Shown here piece after piece: positions 51,373 through 63,374 of a stretch of DNA of 64,000 bases. The notes under the pieces are model-generated. The model was not told the DNA's origin. It was given only the letters and a program-made list of their open reading frames with translations, and did not search any database. Origin of the DNA: Thermodesulfovibrionales bacterium (GTDB lineage: Bacteria > Nitrospirota > Thermodesulfovibrionia > Thermodesulfovibrionales > SM23-35). Position 1 is the first letter of the stretch; each line of letters starts with the position of its first letter. Location of the stretch: contig CAVQRT010000002.1 in NCBI GenBank assembly GCA_963715195.1, positions 32,001-96,000 on the forward strand. The letters are read 5' to 3'. A program made the position numbers and the translations under genes.

Positions 51373-53628
51373 CTATTTCTCTTCCATGATAACCTCGCCT
51401 TTCCAGTCCTCCGCTGGCGGGTTCTCCCTGAATTTTTCAGATAATCTGATATAGAATTGGGACGGTCCGTCTCCTCCTGACATTGTGTCGACATTGTTAA
51501 ACCTCAGGATGGCTTCGTTCCAGTCCCGTCTCTTGAAGGCATCGAGTGCCTCTTCGAAGAAAGTGCAGACTGCGACCTGTTTGTCGGTGGACTTCTCGTT
51601 CCGGCAGACCAGTTCGAATACCGTGGTCGGATTTCTTTTTCCTTTCAGCAAAAACTTCCCGATCTTTCGTTTCAGAAAATCGTGACTCCCGCTTACGGCT
51701 TCCCAGGTAGCCAGGATACGCGTGCCCAGATATTTGTTCAACCCCTCCACCCTTGTGGCTGTGTTGACGGTATCGCCCAATGGACGGTATTCATAGTGAT
51801 CAAATGCCCCGATGCTGCCCATTGATATTTCGCCCGCATGAAGTCCAATTCGGGTAGGCAGTTTCAAGTCATCAAGGGACTTATTGAAATCCTGGAGCGC
51901 CGTTTCGATATCAAATGCTGCGCTGCAGGCTCCATTGCAGAACTGGAAATCGGTTTGTTCCTGCTTCACCCAGATGGCAAGCATCGAATCTCCCACGACA
52001 TTTGAGATGCTTCCCCCGTGTCTTCTCACGGGATTAAAAATCGCCTGATAATAGGTATTCATGAATTCCTTCAGTTGCTTTGGATGCATTTTTTCTGATA
52101 GATCAGTGTAATGTTCTGCGTCAGTGGACAAACAAATTCCGTACACGAATTTTTCACTCGCCCTGATCTTTTCGATGCCTCTCACGACCTCATTGACTAT
52201 GTCAGCCGGCAGGTAATAGCCAAAGGTCTCCCTGACTTTCTGGTGTTCTTTCTTCGTGTCGAAATACCTCCAGACCGCACTACCGAAAACAGCGAGCGTG
52301 AGCTGAAAAAATACCGGGACAACAAGAGGGAACCAAATACCCCGGCTCTTGAATAGAGAGAACGCAACGAGAAGATATCCGGCACCCATTCCTATAGCTG
52401 CAAATGCGGAAACATTACCAGGCAGATACCTGCACATAAACCCCAGCGTGATGCCAAAGAGCAGTAACAGAATAGCTTGACTGAGAGCAGAAAGCGGTCG
52501 CAAAGGCATATCCTCGAGCAGGTTTGAAAAGGCCGTCGCAGCTATCTCCACCCCGCTGATATCCAGCCCTTCTTCCTGAGAGAAGACCGTATAAAAACTT
52601 TCACTCTGCTCAGTTGGTGACTCCACAGAACGTCCGACGAATACAACCTTTCCAGCCAGGTCAAACCGTCTCTTCTCACCATCACCTTTTTGAGCATTGA
52701 TAAGCTCATAGTACGGGATTGTCTTGATGGTGCGAGGGGGACCGTAAAAGTTCAGATACAGACTGTTCTGACTTTTTTGGTAAAACGAAATAAGTGATTT
52801 GATCATTCTGTACTCTTCCTGACTGTTCAAAAAAGGCCTTACTCTCTCGAGCTCTGTCGTCATCCTTTTTGCGATCTTTGCATCCTCCGAGAAAATCTCC
52901 CGTATCGTGTGCATAACCTCACCGAGTCGCCTGGTGCCGATAACGTCATCCGCACTCTGGGGTAACCGTTGAGCTTCGCGAGGGCTTACCGATCTCAGCA
53001 AGACAACGAACGTTTCGTACACCGGCATGGTAAAAAGCTGAAATGCCACTACGGGCAGGGTTGGTTTATCGCCAGCCGCGGTCTTGAAAGTCCAGTATTG
53101 GTTCAGTTTGACCGGGATCTTCGGTAAGGCAAAAGGTGCTGTTGCCACCGCAGCCCGCGCGAGTTGATCTGTGGGGGCAACCTCTTTGATGACACTGACT
53201 TCTCCCCTTCCGCCTATCAAGGGGATCTCCTTTGCTCTGAGGCACTCGCAGAGAACGACTGTCCGAGCCTTCCTGATCGACTCAGCGAAGGTATGATCCT
53301 CACGTGCCGAGCCCGGTTCCAGGAAGCTCACGTCGAAGACGATAACAGACGCCTGTGCTTTAACTAAATTCTCAACGAGCGCAGCATGAACACTCCGTGG
53401 CCATTTTTCCGGTCTGTCTGAGAGTTTAAGACGTTCTGAGGACCTCTTGTCTATTGCAGCAATGACTACTTCGCCAGGGGCCTTCCGCACTCCTCTGAGC
53501 TTAAACAAAATGTCGAGGCCGATATCTTCTTCGAGAAAGGAACCAACGGGCAGCAGGGTAAGGATAAGCCCGGACAGGGCAACAATGCAACTAAGCACTA
53601 CTGCTTTTGTGAAGCGGGAAATATGCAT
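51373..53628 (-). CDS. CHASE2-domain class III nucleotidyl cyclase
   Basis: WPRS.HA, VFDV.F, SGVEI.A, three TM helices, cyclase TD / GD / RIGLH.G / GDTVNTATRVE; start moved to ATG 53628. Confidence 0.88.
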   Translation of the reverse strand: MHISRFTKAVVLSCIVALSGLILTLLPVGSFLEEDIGLDILFKLRGVRKAPGEVVIAAIDKRSSERLKLSDRPEKWPRSVHAALVENLVKAQASVIVFDVSFLEPGSAREDHTFAESIRKARTVVLCECLRAKEIPLIGGRGEVSVIKEVAPTDQLARAAVATAPFALPKIPVKLNQYWTFKTAAGDKPTLPVVAFQLFTMPVYETFVVLLRSVSPREAQRLPQSADDVIGTRRLGEVMHTIREIFSEDAKIAKRMTTELERVRPFLNSQEEYRMIKSLISFYQKSQNSLYLNFYGPPRTIKTIPYYELINAQKGDGEKRRFDLAGKVVFVGRSVESPTEQSESFYTVFSQEEGLDISGVEIAATAFSNLLEDMPLRPLSALSQAILLLLFGITLGFMCRYLPGNVSAFAAIGMGAGYLLVAFSLFKSRGIWFPLVVPVFFQLTLAVFGSAVWRYFDTKKEHQKVRETFGYYLPADIVNEVVRGIEKIRASEKFVYGICLSTDAEHYTDLSEKMHPKQLKEFMNTYYQAIFNPVRRHGGSISNVVGDSMLAIWVKQEQTDFQFCNGACSAAFDIETALQDFNKSLDDLKLPTRIGLHAGEISMGSIGAFDHYEYRPLGDTVNTATRVEGLNKYLGTRILATWEAVSGSHDFLKRKIGKFLLKGKRNPTTVFELVCRNEKSTDKQVAVCTFFEEALDAFKRRDWNEAILRFNNVDTMSGGDGPSQFYIRLSEKFRENPPAEDWKGEVIMEEK

Positions 53629-53846
53629 CCCCCCCCAAGACTGCTTCTTGCAACCTAAACCGATTGCCACCGAAAGAATGTGAGCGTTTCAGGAAACTTT
53701 ACTGATTTTGATAAAACACAACAACGGACAATCAGTTCGCACGAAAAGCCTATACAAAACCCCTTTGAATTGATGTAACCATAAGCATTGAAAATTGTCA
53801 ATTCTAATTAATTAACAAAGAAATATAAAAAAGGGAAACGGTGTTA

Positions 53847-54731
53847 TCAGGCTCTTGGATGGTGCTTCGAGTACACCTGTTTCAAGCGATCTGTCGTTAC
53901 TTTGGTATAAATCTGCGTTGTCGATATGTCAGCGTGTCCAAGGAGCTTCTGCAATGATCGCAGGTCAGCACCACCTTCGAGAAGGTGCGTTGCGAAGGAG
54001 TGCCGTATGGTATGCGGTGAAATATCAAGGCCGGTTCTTCTGCCCAATTGTTTCATCGTCTGCCAGAAACGCTGTCGTGTCATCGGCCCTCCTCTCCGTG
54101 TAATAAACAGGTAAGGAGAATTCTTCTTCCGGAGTATTTCGCGTCTTTCCAGACTTACATACCGTTTCAACCTCTCAAGTGCCCTCATATGGAGCGGAAC
54201 AATCCTTTCCTTTGACCCCTTGCCCATGACCCTTAAGAAGCCGGCATCGAAGCTGATATCTTCCAGCCTGAGGGATATCAGTTCACTCACGCGCAAACCG
54301 GAAGAATAGAGAAGCTCAAACATGACAGCGTCCCTTCTTGCAATAGGTTCAGAAAGGCTACTGGAATCGCCCGATTTTAGAAATGTTTTAACGTCTTCAA
54401 TGCTGATAGCCTTCGGCAGCCTCTCCCACCTCTTGGGAGACTCGAGATTTTCTGAAGGGTCCCCTGAGATATGATTTTCCAGAAGCAGATATTTGCAGAG
54501 GTTCTTAATGGTAGAAATAAACCGGCAGATACTTGCGGTCGAGTATGTTTCATCCCTGAGCTTTTGGATAAAATCAACGATGTCCGTCTTAGAGAACGCA
54601 GGCAAATCCGTATCTTTTGATACAAGGAATGCACGAAATTTTTTCAGATCAAGATGGTATGAGGCAACCGTATTTTTCGATAGCCCCTTCTCAGCAGTAA
54701 GATATGAGAGAAAAGCCGGTATTATGTCCAT
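53847..54731 (-). CDS. xerD: Tyrosine recombinase XerD
   Basis: EKGLSKNTV.SY, LYSSGLRVSEL, GKGSKER, MTRQ.FW, HTIRHSFATH, LGHADISTTQIY. Confidence 0.88.
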   Translation of the reverse strand: MDIIPAFLSYLTAEKGLSKNTVASYHLDLKKFRAFLVSKDTDLPAFSKTDIVDFIQKLRDETYSTASICRFISTIKNLCKYLLLENHISGDPSENLESPKRWERLPKAISIEDVKTFLKSGDSSSLSEPIARRDAVMFELLYSSGLRVSELISLRLEDISFDAGFLRVMGKGSKERIVPLHMRALERLKRYVSLERREILRKKNSPYLFITRRGGPMTRQRFWQTMKQLGRRTGLDISPHTIRHSFATHLLEGGADLRSLQKLLGHADISTTQIYTKVTTDRLKQVYSKHHPRA

Positions 54732-54962
54732 GGAATCAATAATTAAAAAAATTCATAACGCACTCTGTTCCATTGCATGCTGCTTAAATTTTAAAAGTCC
54801 AGATTTTGTGAGAAAAATTATTTTTCGATACCTTAGTGTACCTTTAACTGATGATTTCAAGAACATTGATATTGAGAGAGCATTGATAGATATTTGAATC
54901 AAATCATCGAGTTAAATAATTTTTTGAGCAATGTCTGGACTTTTAGCTACGTATTCTTCATC

Positions 54963-55679
54963 CTATGCCTTGTAAATCCTTTCCATCTCCTCTGTATACC
55001 CGCCGTCTTCCCGGTATATATAAAATGGCGCTTCAACCTTCAGGCCCGCTCTTCCTCCGCGAACAGCCTCAAGCAAAATCATTTTGGCTTCTGACGAACG
55101 CGTCGAATGAACAAATCTCATTCTCTTTGCCTCGATGCCCCTATCCTTCATGACGTCAATGAGCTCCGAAAGTCTGCAGGGATGATAAATCAAACAGAAT
55201 CTTCCCCTGTTTCTGAGAAGAGATGAAGCTGCGTTGACACAATCACGCAATCGCAGGGTGATTTCATGCCGCGCAATCGCCCTTTCCTTTCCACTATTTA
55301 GACGGCCGCTGTTGAGACGCCTGAAGGGAGGGTTTGAGACCACAAGATCATGCCGGGGAGCCCCTGTTTGCGAGGCGTGCAACTCTCTAAGGTCGCATTT
55401 GATCACCTGAACCCTTTCTTCAACTGTGTTCAGGATAACATTTTTTTTCGCCAGCCTGACAAGATTATCCTGAATTTCGAAGAGGTCCACAGAGGCATCG
55501 GGATATTTACCGGCAAGCAAAATACCGATGATACCGGATCCTGCCCCCAGATCAGCAATGTGTTCCGCTTTTCTGAGATTTACAAAATCAAACAGCAGAA
55601 GGGAATCAACGGAAAAACGGTAGCCGTCTTTCGGCTGATACAGCCTGATATCACGAATGCTGTCGAGCGTGACGTCCAT
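54963..55679 (-). CDS. tRNA1(Val) A37 N6-methyltransferase family
   Basis: GYRFSVDSLLL, DLGAGSG, SNPPF, ARHE. Confidence 0.8.
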   Translation of the reverse strand: MDVTLDSIRDIRLYQPKDGYRFSVDSLLLFDFVNLRKAEHIADLGAGSGIIGILLAGKYPDASVDLFEIQDNLVRLAKKNVILNTVEERVQVIKCDLRELHASQTGAPRHDLVVSNPPFRRLNSGRLNSGKERAIARHEITLRLRDCVNAASSLLRNRGRFCLIYHPCRLSELIDVMKDRGIEAKRMRFVHSTRSSEAKMILLEAVRGGRAGLKVEAPFYIYREDGGYTEEMERIYKA

Positions 55680-55708
55680 ATGACAGGAGCGGCAGGCAAC
55701 ATGCAGAG

Positions 55709-57169
55709 CTACTCATGATGGAGAATGCCTTTTTCGTAGAGAATTGCTATCAATATTTCAACAATTTCCGGATCAAACTGTATGCCGGAGAAGTCCCTCA
55801 ATTCCTTAACCACTTTGTCCATAGGGAGTGCTTTTCTGTATGGCCTGTTGGTTGTCATTGCGTCAAATGCATCTGCGACAGCGATAATTCTTGCACCGAG
55901 CGGGATGGCCTCTCCTTTCAGACCATCCGGATATCCTGAACCGTCATAGTATTCATGATGATGTCGTATGATGTCCCGGGCATCTTTCATCGGCTCAATA
56001 GACTCGATCATCTTTGCACCATGTGCCGGATGCTTCCTGATGATCTCCATCTCTTCCTCTGAAAGTCTTCCCGGCTTCTTCAGAATATTGTCGGGGACCG
56101 TAACCTTTCCGAGGTCGTGAAGGAGTGCAGCCATCCGGATATTTTCGACATCGGCCGCAGGAAGTCCGAGCTTCTGCGCAATATCAACAGAATATTCCGC
56201 GATATCCTTCATGTGCTTGTCGGTATAGAAGTCCTTCGATTCCGCGATTCCCGACAGGGTAACGATTGTGGACAGATACGAGTGTTCCAGTTTCTCATAG
56301 AGCCTGGCGTTCTCTATGGCGGCTGCAGCCTGCCCGCTGAGAACCGAAACCAGCTCGACATCCGGGAGAGAGAATGGGTGTTCTGTGCCAGGCCCGCTCA
56401 GGAAAAGCATGCCGATGACCTTTCCCCGAACGGTGAGGGGCATGTAAATACTGGATAACTCTCCCGTCCCCGGCATTTCCTCAAAGCCTTCGGGAATCGG
56501 CAAGCCCGGAACGATGAGGACAGGTTTCTTTTCTATTGTGAGCAGAGAGGCTAATTTTTCAAGATGTTTCTTCCTAAACTCAGCACCATGGGCAGGTAAA
56601 AATCCGTAATCCGCCTCCAGAACAATCTTTCCTGTTTGCTCATCGGTTAAAAAGAGGCACGCCCTGTCTGCCCGTGTTTCCCTCACCGCAATCTCGACAA
56701 TAAGGGTAAGGAGCTTCTTTGTGTCTGTTTCACTGATAATCTCCTTGCTCACCTCAAAAAGCGGCATCAGGGCCCGCATCCGGATATTGTCGCTGAGCAG
56801 CCGCGTCTTTTCCAGTGCATCCGCAACTGAGCTTCTGAGGTCTGTTGTTGTGAACGGTTTTAAAAGGAACCCCTGGGCACCCAGTTTGAGAGCTTTTATG
56901 GCAACATCGAGCGTGCCGTGGCCTGTGATGATAATGATGGGCATTTCCTTGTTGTGGTTACGGACCTGCTGAATAACTTCCAGCCCGCTTATATCAGGCA
57001 TTCGTATATCTGTCAACAAAAGAGAAAATGTTTCTTCCGAAAGCAATCGGATGCCCTCATGCCCATCCGAGCTGATTGTGACATCATAGCCGACATTGGT
57101 CAGTATTTCCCGTGCAATGTCCAGAATCAGCTCTTCATCATCAATAACCAGTATTTTGTCTTTTTCCAT
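55709..57169 (-). CDS. REC-GAF-HD-GYP cyclic dinucleotide phosphodiesterase
   Basis: N-terminal receiver, GAF (AAIENARLY), HDLGK, HHEYYDGSGYP. Confidence 0.9.
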   Translation of the reverse strand: MEKDKILVIDDEELILDIAREILTNVGYDVTISSDGHEGIRLLSEETFSLLLTDIRMPDISGLEVIQQVRNHNKEMPIIIITGHGTLDVAIKALKLGAQGFLLKPFTTTDLRSSVADALEKTRLLSDNIRMRALMPLFEVSKEIISETDTKKLLTLIVEIAVRETRADRACLFLTDEQTGKIVLEADYGFLPAHGAEFRKKHLEKLASLLTIEKKPVLIVPGLPIPEGFEEMPGTGELSSIYMPLTVRGKVIGMLFLSGPGTEHPFSLPDVELVSVLSGQAAAAIENARLYEKLEHSYLSTIVTLSGIAESKDFYTDKHMKDIAEYSVDIAQKLGLPAADVENIRMAALLHDLGKVTVPDNILKKPGRLSEEEMEIIRKHPAHGAKMIESIEPMKDARDIIRHHHEYYDGSGYPDGLKGEAIPLGARIIAVADAFDAMTTNRPYRKALPMDKVVKELRDFSGIQFDPEIVEILIAILYEKGILHHE

Positions 57170-57252
57170 ATCGAGAGTAAATTATTACCCTATTACTTTG
57201 ACATATTCCTTATTCGCTCTGCAATTCTGCGAGACTGATCACGCGCCAGTTC

Positions 57253-57289
57253 AAAAAAAAGGCCATGCGCACAACAGCATGGCCTTTTT
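57253..57289 (-). terminator. Terminator of the atp operon
   Basis: GGCCATGC / GCATGGCC stem flanked by A8 and T5 tracts. Confidence 0.8.
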
Positions 57290-57311
57290 CTGTTCGTTTT
57301 CTTTATAAGGA

Positions 57312-57722
57312 TTATCTGAATTTCTCTGCTATCTGTACCCTTGCCACTGCCCGCTCAAGAGAGGAGCTCGCCCGGGCAAAATCGAATTCTTCTGCTTTTT
57401 TCAACCTTTCCTCAGCCCTTTTCATAGCAGCCTTTGCCCTTTCGGGATCTATGTCTTCAGATTTCTCTGCACTGTCGGCAAGCACCATAACTCTCTCGGA
57501 CCCGACTTCAGCATAGCCCCAGTTCACAAAAACATATTTCGTGGTATTTCCTTTTTTATACGAAAGCATCCCGATCTTCAGGGTTGTAAAGAAAGGAACA
57601 TGTCCTGGTAAAACCCCGAATTCGCCTTCACTGCCGGAGCATGTCACTTCATCGACATCTTCACTCAAAATAAGGCCATACGGGGTAACAACCTCGAGTT
57701 TCAATTTACCTTCTTTTTCCAT
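57312..57722 (-). CDS. atpC: ATP synthase F1 epsilon
   Basis: LEVVTP, GEFGVLPGH; operon position. Confidence 0.95.
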   Translation of the reverse strand: MEKEGKLKLEVVTPYGLILSEDVDEVTCSGSEGEFGVLPGHVPFFTTLKIGMLSYKKGNTTKYVFVNWGYAEVGSERVMVLADSAEKSEDIDPERAKAAMKRAEERLKKAEEFDFARASSSLERAVARVQIAEKFR

Positions 57723-57761
57723 AGTTCTCCTGCCTTAATCTTCTCCTTTAGACCAATATGC

Positions 57762-59192
<1,431 letters not shown>

Positions 59193-59222
59193 CTATATTA
59201 AAAATTCCTTTTCCTGTAATCT

Positions 59223-60101
59223 CTATTCCTTCAATGCCTCAACACCGCCGACGATATCCATCAAGTCTTTGGTGATTCCGGCCTGCCTTACCTTATTCGC
59301 CAGGAGTGTCACTTTCGTGATCATCTCCGAACAGTTCTTCGTGGCATTTTCCATCGCTGTCATCCTTGAAGCTTCTTCCGCTGCCGAGGACTCAAGCAAT
59401 GCACGGTATATCTGTATTTCAATATATTTCGGCAATAACCTCTCAAATATCGCTACCCGCGTTGGCTCATAGAGGTAATCAGCCGTCGTGGCTGCCTCCT
59501 TCTGTTCGCCCTCGCCTTCTATGCTTCCTAACGGAAGCAGCTTCATGGAGGTAACTTGCTGGGCAATCATCGATTTGAACTCGTTATAAATAACAACTAC
59601 CTCATCAAACGTTTCATTGATATAATTTTCGTTGAGGTCACCTGCAATCTCCTGGGCATTTGCATACGTTATTCGTCCGGACAGGCCAAGCCATTGCTTC
59701 CTCATCGGAACGTTTCTTCTGCGGAAATAATCCCTCGCCTTCCTTCCCACAACATTGACGCTCACTTCAATACCGTCTTTTTTGAGAGTATTGATGTAAT
59801 TTGCACCTGCTTTCAAAATATTCGAATTGAAAGCTCCGCAGAGTCCCTTATCGGATGTCAGGATGATAACCTCAACGGTCTTTCTCGGCCTCAGATAGAG
59901 AAGCGGATGGATCTCTCTCTCGGATACCCGGGCAAGATCAGACAGGACTGTCTGCATCCTGGATGCATATGGCCTGAAATTCAGCATCCTGTCCTGGACC
60001 TTTCTCATCTTGGCAGCCGCAACCATCTTCATGGCAGCCGTGATCTTCTTGGTACTCTGTATTGCTTTTAGTCTTTTCCGTATATCTCTTAACGTTGGCA
60101 T
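59223..60101 (-). CDS. atpG: ATP synthase F1 gamma
   Basis: KITAAMKMVAAAK, DKGLCG.FN, RMTAMENAT, RQA.IT. Confidence 0.97.
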   Translation of the reverse strand: MPTLRDIRKRLKAIQSTKKITAAMKMVAAAKMRKVQDRMLNFRPYASRMQTVLSDLARVSEREIHPLLYLRPRKTVEVIILTSDKGLCGAFNSNILKAGANYINTLKKDGIEVSVNVVGRKARDYFRRRNVPMRKQWLGLSGRITYANAQEIAGDLNENYINETFDEVVVIYNEFKSMIAQQVTSMKLLPLGSIEGEGEQKEAATTADYLYEPTRVAIFERLLPKYIEIQIYRALLESSAAEEASRMTAMENATKNCSEMITKVTLLANKVRQAGITKDLMDIVGGVEALKE

Positions 60102-60124
60102 GTATGTTCTCCTATCCGCACATA

Positions 60125-61636
60125 TTATGCCGAGAAGGTCTTCTTGAACGTTGTAATGGCCTCGGAAATCTTTGCTTTCAGTTCATCATCCAGTGCCTTT
60201 TTTTCCATGATCTCTTTCTTGATGTCCTGCTTTTCGGCCCTGATGTATCTCATTAACCCTTCCTCAAATGACCTGATGGAATCAATAGGAACATCGTCCA
60301 TGAATCCCTGGGTGCCTGCAAAGATGACGATAATCTGATCATCAACAGACATCGGAACAAACTGGTCTTGTTTCAGGAGTTCGACCATCCTCTTCCCTCT
60401 CTCGATCTGTGCAAGGGTGGCTTTGTCGAGGTCAGAAGCAAACTGTGCGAATGCTGCCAGCTCTCTGAACTGTGCAAGGTCGAGCCTGAGCATACCGGCA
60501 ATCTGTTTCATGGCTTTGATCTGGGCTGCGCCACCGACACGGCTGACCGAGAGACCTGCGTTCACTGCCGGCCTTATACCGCCGAAGAAGAGTTCAGGCT
60601 CAAGATATATCTGACCGTCAGTAATGGAGATAACGTTTGTCGGGATATAACCGGAAACGTCACCGGCCTGTGTCTCGATAACCGGGATAGCCGTTAATGA
60701 CCCTGCTCCCATTTCATCACTCATTTTCGCAGCTCTCTCGAGGAGGCGTGAGTGGAGATAGAAGACATCACCAGGATACGCCTCACGTGCAGGCGGACGT
60801 CTCAGGATCAGGGAGAGCTGCCTGTAGGCATGTGCCTGTTTGGTAAGGTCATCGTATCCGATAAAGGCATGCTGTCCGTTATCCCTGAAATATTCTCCCA
60901 TGGTGCATCCGGTATATGGGGCTATATACTGCATTGGTGCCGGTTCACTCGCTGTCGCGACAACAACAACGGTGTGTTCCATAGCACCCATTTCTTCAAG
61001 TTTCTGGACTGTGTTAACAACAGCCGGACGCCGCTGGCCCACGGCGACATAAATACAGGTAACATCGCCGCCTTTCTGATTGATAATGGTATCAACAAGG
61101 ATTGCGGTCTTCCCGATCTGGCGGTCACCGATGCAGAGCTCTCGCTGTCCCCTGCCGATCGGTATCATGGCATCGATAGCCTTGAGTCCGGTCTGAAGGG
61201 GTTCGTGAACGGGTTTCCGTCTGATAATACCGGGGGCAATGATTTCAACTCTTCTGGTCTCCTTCGCATTGATCGGGCCTTTGCCATCAATCGGCTGACC
61301 GATAGCATTGACGACCCTGCCTCTGAGTTCCGGACCGACCGGTACTTGCATAACCTTACCGGTACGCTTAACGATATCCCCTTCCTTAACCAGCTTGTCC
61401 TCGCCAAAGAGAACGGCACCGACCGATTCCTCTTCGAGGTTCAGGGCCATACCGAAAACCCCGTTCGGGAACTCAAGCAGTTCTGCGGCCATACAGTTTT
61501 CAAGGCCGTAAACCTTTGCGACACCGTCACCGATATAGGTAACTGTACCGATTTCACTGACGTCTACCTTCTTCTCAAAATCTGTGATCTGTTTCCTTAA
61601 AAGCTCGCTTATTTCTTCTGTCTTGATTTCTGGCAT
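60125..61636 (-). CDS. atpA: ATP synthase F1 alpha
   Basis: [26 protein letters not shown]. Confidence 0.98.
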   Translation of the reverse strand: MPEIKTEEISELLRKQITDFEKKVDVSEIGTVTYIGDGVAKVYGLENCMAAELLEFPNGVFGMALNLEEESVGAVLFGEDKLVKEGDIVKRTGKVMQVPVGPELRGRVVNAIGQPIDGKGPINAKETRRVEIIAPGIIRRKPVHEPLQTGLKAIDAMIPIGRGQRELCIGDRQIGKTAILVDTIINQKGGDVTCIYVAVGQRRPAVVNTVQKLEEMGAMEHTVVVVATASEPAPMQYIAPYTGCTMGEYFRDNGQHAFIGYDDLTKQAHAYRQLSLILRRPPAREAYPGDVFYLHSRLLERAAKMSDEMGAGSLTAIPVIETQAGDVSGYIPTNVISITDGQIYLEPELFFGGIRPAVNAGLSVSRVGGAAQIKAMKQIAGMLRLDLAQFRELAAFAQFASDLDKATLAQIERGKRMVELLKQDQFVPMSVDDQIIVIFAGTQGFMDDVPIDSIRSFEEGLMRYIRAEKQDIKKEIMEKKALDDELKAKISEAITTFKKTFSA

Positions 61637-61640
61637 AATT

Positions 61641-62180
61641 TCACCCCTTTATTAACTCATCTTTTAAAAGCCTTAATTGGCTTTTTATGCTCGTATCATA
61701 CATGGTACTCCCGATCCTGACGAGGATCCCGCCGAGGAGGGAAGGGTCTATCGCATACTCTATGTCAAGCTCCCTGTCTGTCACTTTTTTCAGGGAAGCC
61801 CTGAGCTTATTTTCCTGCTCTTTTGTAATCTGAAGAGGCGTCATGACAATTGCTTTTGCCTTCTTTTTCTTTTCAAGGTAAAGACTGGTAGCCATCCTGA
61901 TGATTTCAGGGAGCGCTTTAATGACCCTAACCTCTGACAGGTGCAGGATAAATTTCACGATATAGTCGGAAAGTTTCAGCTTGCCCGTTAGTTGCCTTAT
62001 GACATTTGTCCGCTCATCATTGGTAAACAGTGGGCTGACAAGGAGACTCTGGAACTCCTTACTTGCGTTCATGAGGTCATTAATTGCAATGAGCTCCAGA
62101 AGCGCCTGAGGGATATTCTCGAGATCAATATTCCTCAGTAATGCCTTTGCGTATCTGCTTGCTTGTTTTGCCGGCTTCAA
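61641..62180 (-). CDS. atpH: ATP synthase F1 delta
   Basis: [18 protein letters not shown] start overlapping the atpF stop. Confidence 0.93.
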   Translation of the reverse strand: MKPAKQASRYAKALLRNIDLENIPQALLELIAINDLMNASKEFQSLLVSPLFTNDERTNVIRQLTGKLKLSDYIVKFILHLSEVRVIKALPEIIRMATSLYLEKKKKAKAIVMTPLQITKEQENKLRASLKKVTDRELDIEYAIDPSLLGGILVRIGSTMYDTSIKSQLRLLKDELIKG

Positions 62181-62793
62181 CCTTTGCCTCCTATCTTTGT
62201 CAGAGAGTCTTCAAGAAGCTTTTCCTGCTCTTCCTTGGTCAATTTTTCTTTCAGCTTTTTCTCTGCAAGTTCCATGGCTAATTCGACAGCTTCGGCTTTG
62301 ATTGCCTCTTTTGCCTGTTTCAGTTCGTACTCGATATTGGTTTTTGCCTGTTCCATGATCTTTGCTTTGAGCCTGTCACTCTCGACAATAATGCTGTCCC
62401 TTTCCTGCTCTCCGGACTTTCTGGATGCAGCGAGGATCGCCTCAATCTCTGTATCTTTGGCCTTGAGTCTTGTTTCGACCTCCTGTAACGCTTTCAATGA
62501 TGCCGCTTTGGCTTCTTTCGCTTCATTGAGGGTCTTTTCGATCAACTCGGTCCTCTTCTGGAAAAAATTCTGCATCGGCTTCTTGGCAAATTTGAAAAGG
62601 AGTATAAACAGAAGCAGGAAATTAATGATCTTCCAAATGTAATCTTTCCACCAAGGCGCTGCGTGTTCTGCGCCTTCCCCCCGCCGCTGCTGGCAAAGAC
62701 GAAAGAGGCGATGGCAAGATTGAAGAGGGCGAATGCGAGTATTTGGATAATTTTCTTTTTATGGCAAAGTATGGAGTATGGAATGTTCTTCAT
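62177..62793 (-). CDS. atpF: ATP synthase F0 subunit b, frameshift in a G-run near 62680
   Basis: ORF 62542-62793 N-terminus continues in another frame as WKIINFLLLFILLFKFAKKP into ORF 62177-62575. Confidence 0.85.
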
Positions 62794-63209
62794 ACGCTCA
62801 CCAGCTTTCTTACGATTTCATCAGAGAACTTGTCGACGTCAGCCCGTAATGACTGTCGCGCTTTTTCGGCGTCAGATTTGATCTCTGCTCTGGCTTTCTC
62901 AATCGTTGTAAGGGCTTCGGCCTCAGTTGCCGAGAGTACTTCTCTTTGTTTAGTCACTCCCTCAGCTTTCAGCGATTCAAATATTTCTTTTGCCTTGCTT
63001 CTTGATTCAGCCAGTTCTCTATTGAGTCTGGCGATCCCTTCCTCACTCTTTTCCTTCATATCCTTTGCAGCATCGAGGTCGCCTTTGACAGAATCCTCGC
63101 GTTCTTTGAAAATCTGGAGCAGGGGTTTAAAGAGGATTGCGTTGAGGATAAAGAGGAGGATAATAAAATTAACGAATAAGACAAAGAACCACTTATTGAA
63201 TTCTAACAT
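62790..63209 (-). CDS. ATP synthase F0 subunit b'
   Basis: NFIILLFILNAILFKPL followed by a charged coiled coil; first gene of the operon. Confidence 0.88.
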   Translation of the reverse strand: MLEFNKWFFVLFVNFIILLFILNAILFKPLLQIFKEREDSVKGDLDAAKDMKEKSEEGIARLNRELAESRSKAKEIFESLKAEGVTKQREVLSATEAEALTTIEKARAEIKSDAEKARQSLRADVDKFSDEIVRKLVSV

Positions 63210-63248
63210 CGTTCACCTTCCCTCAAGGAGTTTAAGAAAAGCGAAAAA

Positions 63249-63278
63249 AGCATATCACAGGCCAAAAAAGATTGTCAA
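63249..63278 (-). promoter_or_regulatory. sigma70-type promoter of the atp operon
   Basis: Minus strand TTGACA-18 nt-TATGCT with extended -10 TG. Confidence 0.6.
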
Positions 63279-63374
63279 GTGCTTTTTACCAGTAAAAAGA
63301 GGGAATTTAAATTTATAATTCAGCTGAATAAAACCTCCGGAAGCACTAAGAAATTCCTGTGCTACAATAGTTTT

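Noticed and set aside
51373..53628. Pycsar/CBASS-type defence system
   Set aside because: The cyclase is a CHASE2 membrane sensor and has no adjacent cNMP-TIR or cNMP-TM effector
53847..54731. Tyrosine recombinase as a phage or island integrase
   Set aside because: Length and motifs fit housekeeping XerD; no att repeats, tRNA or mobile cargo seen
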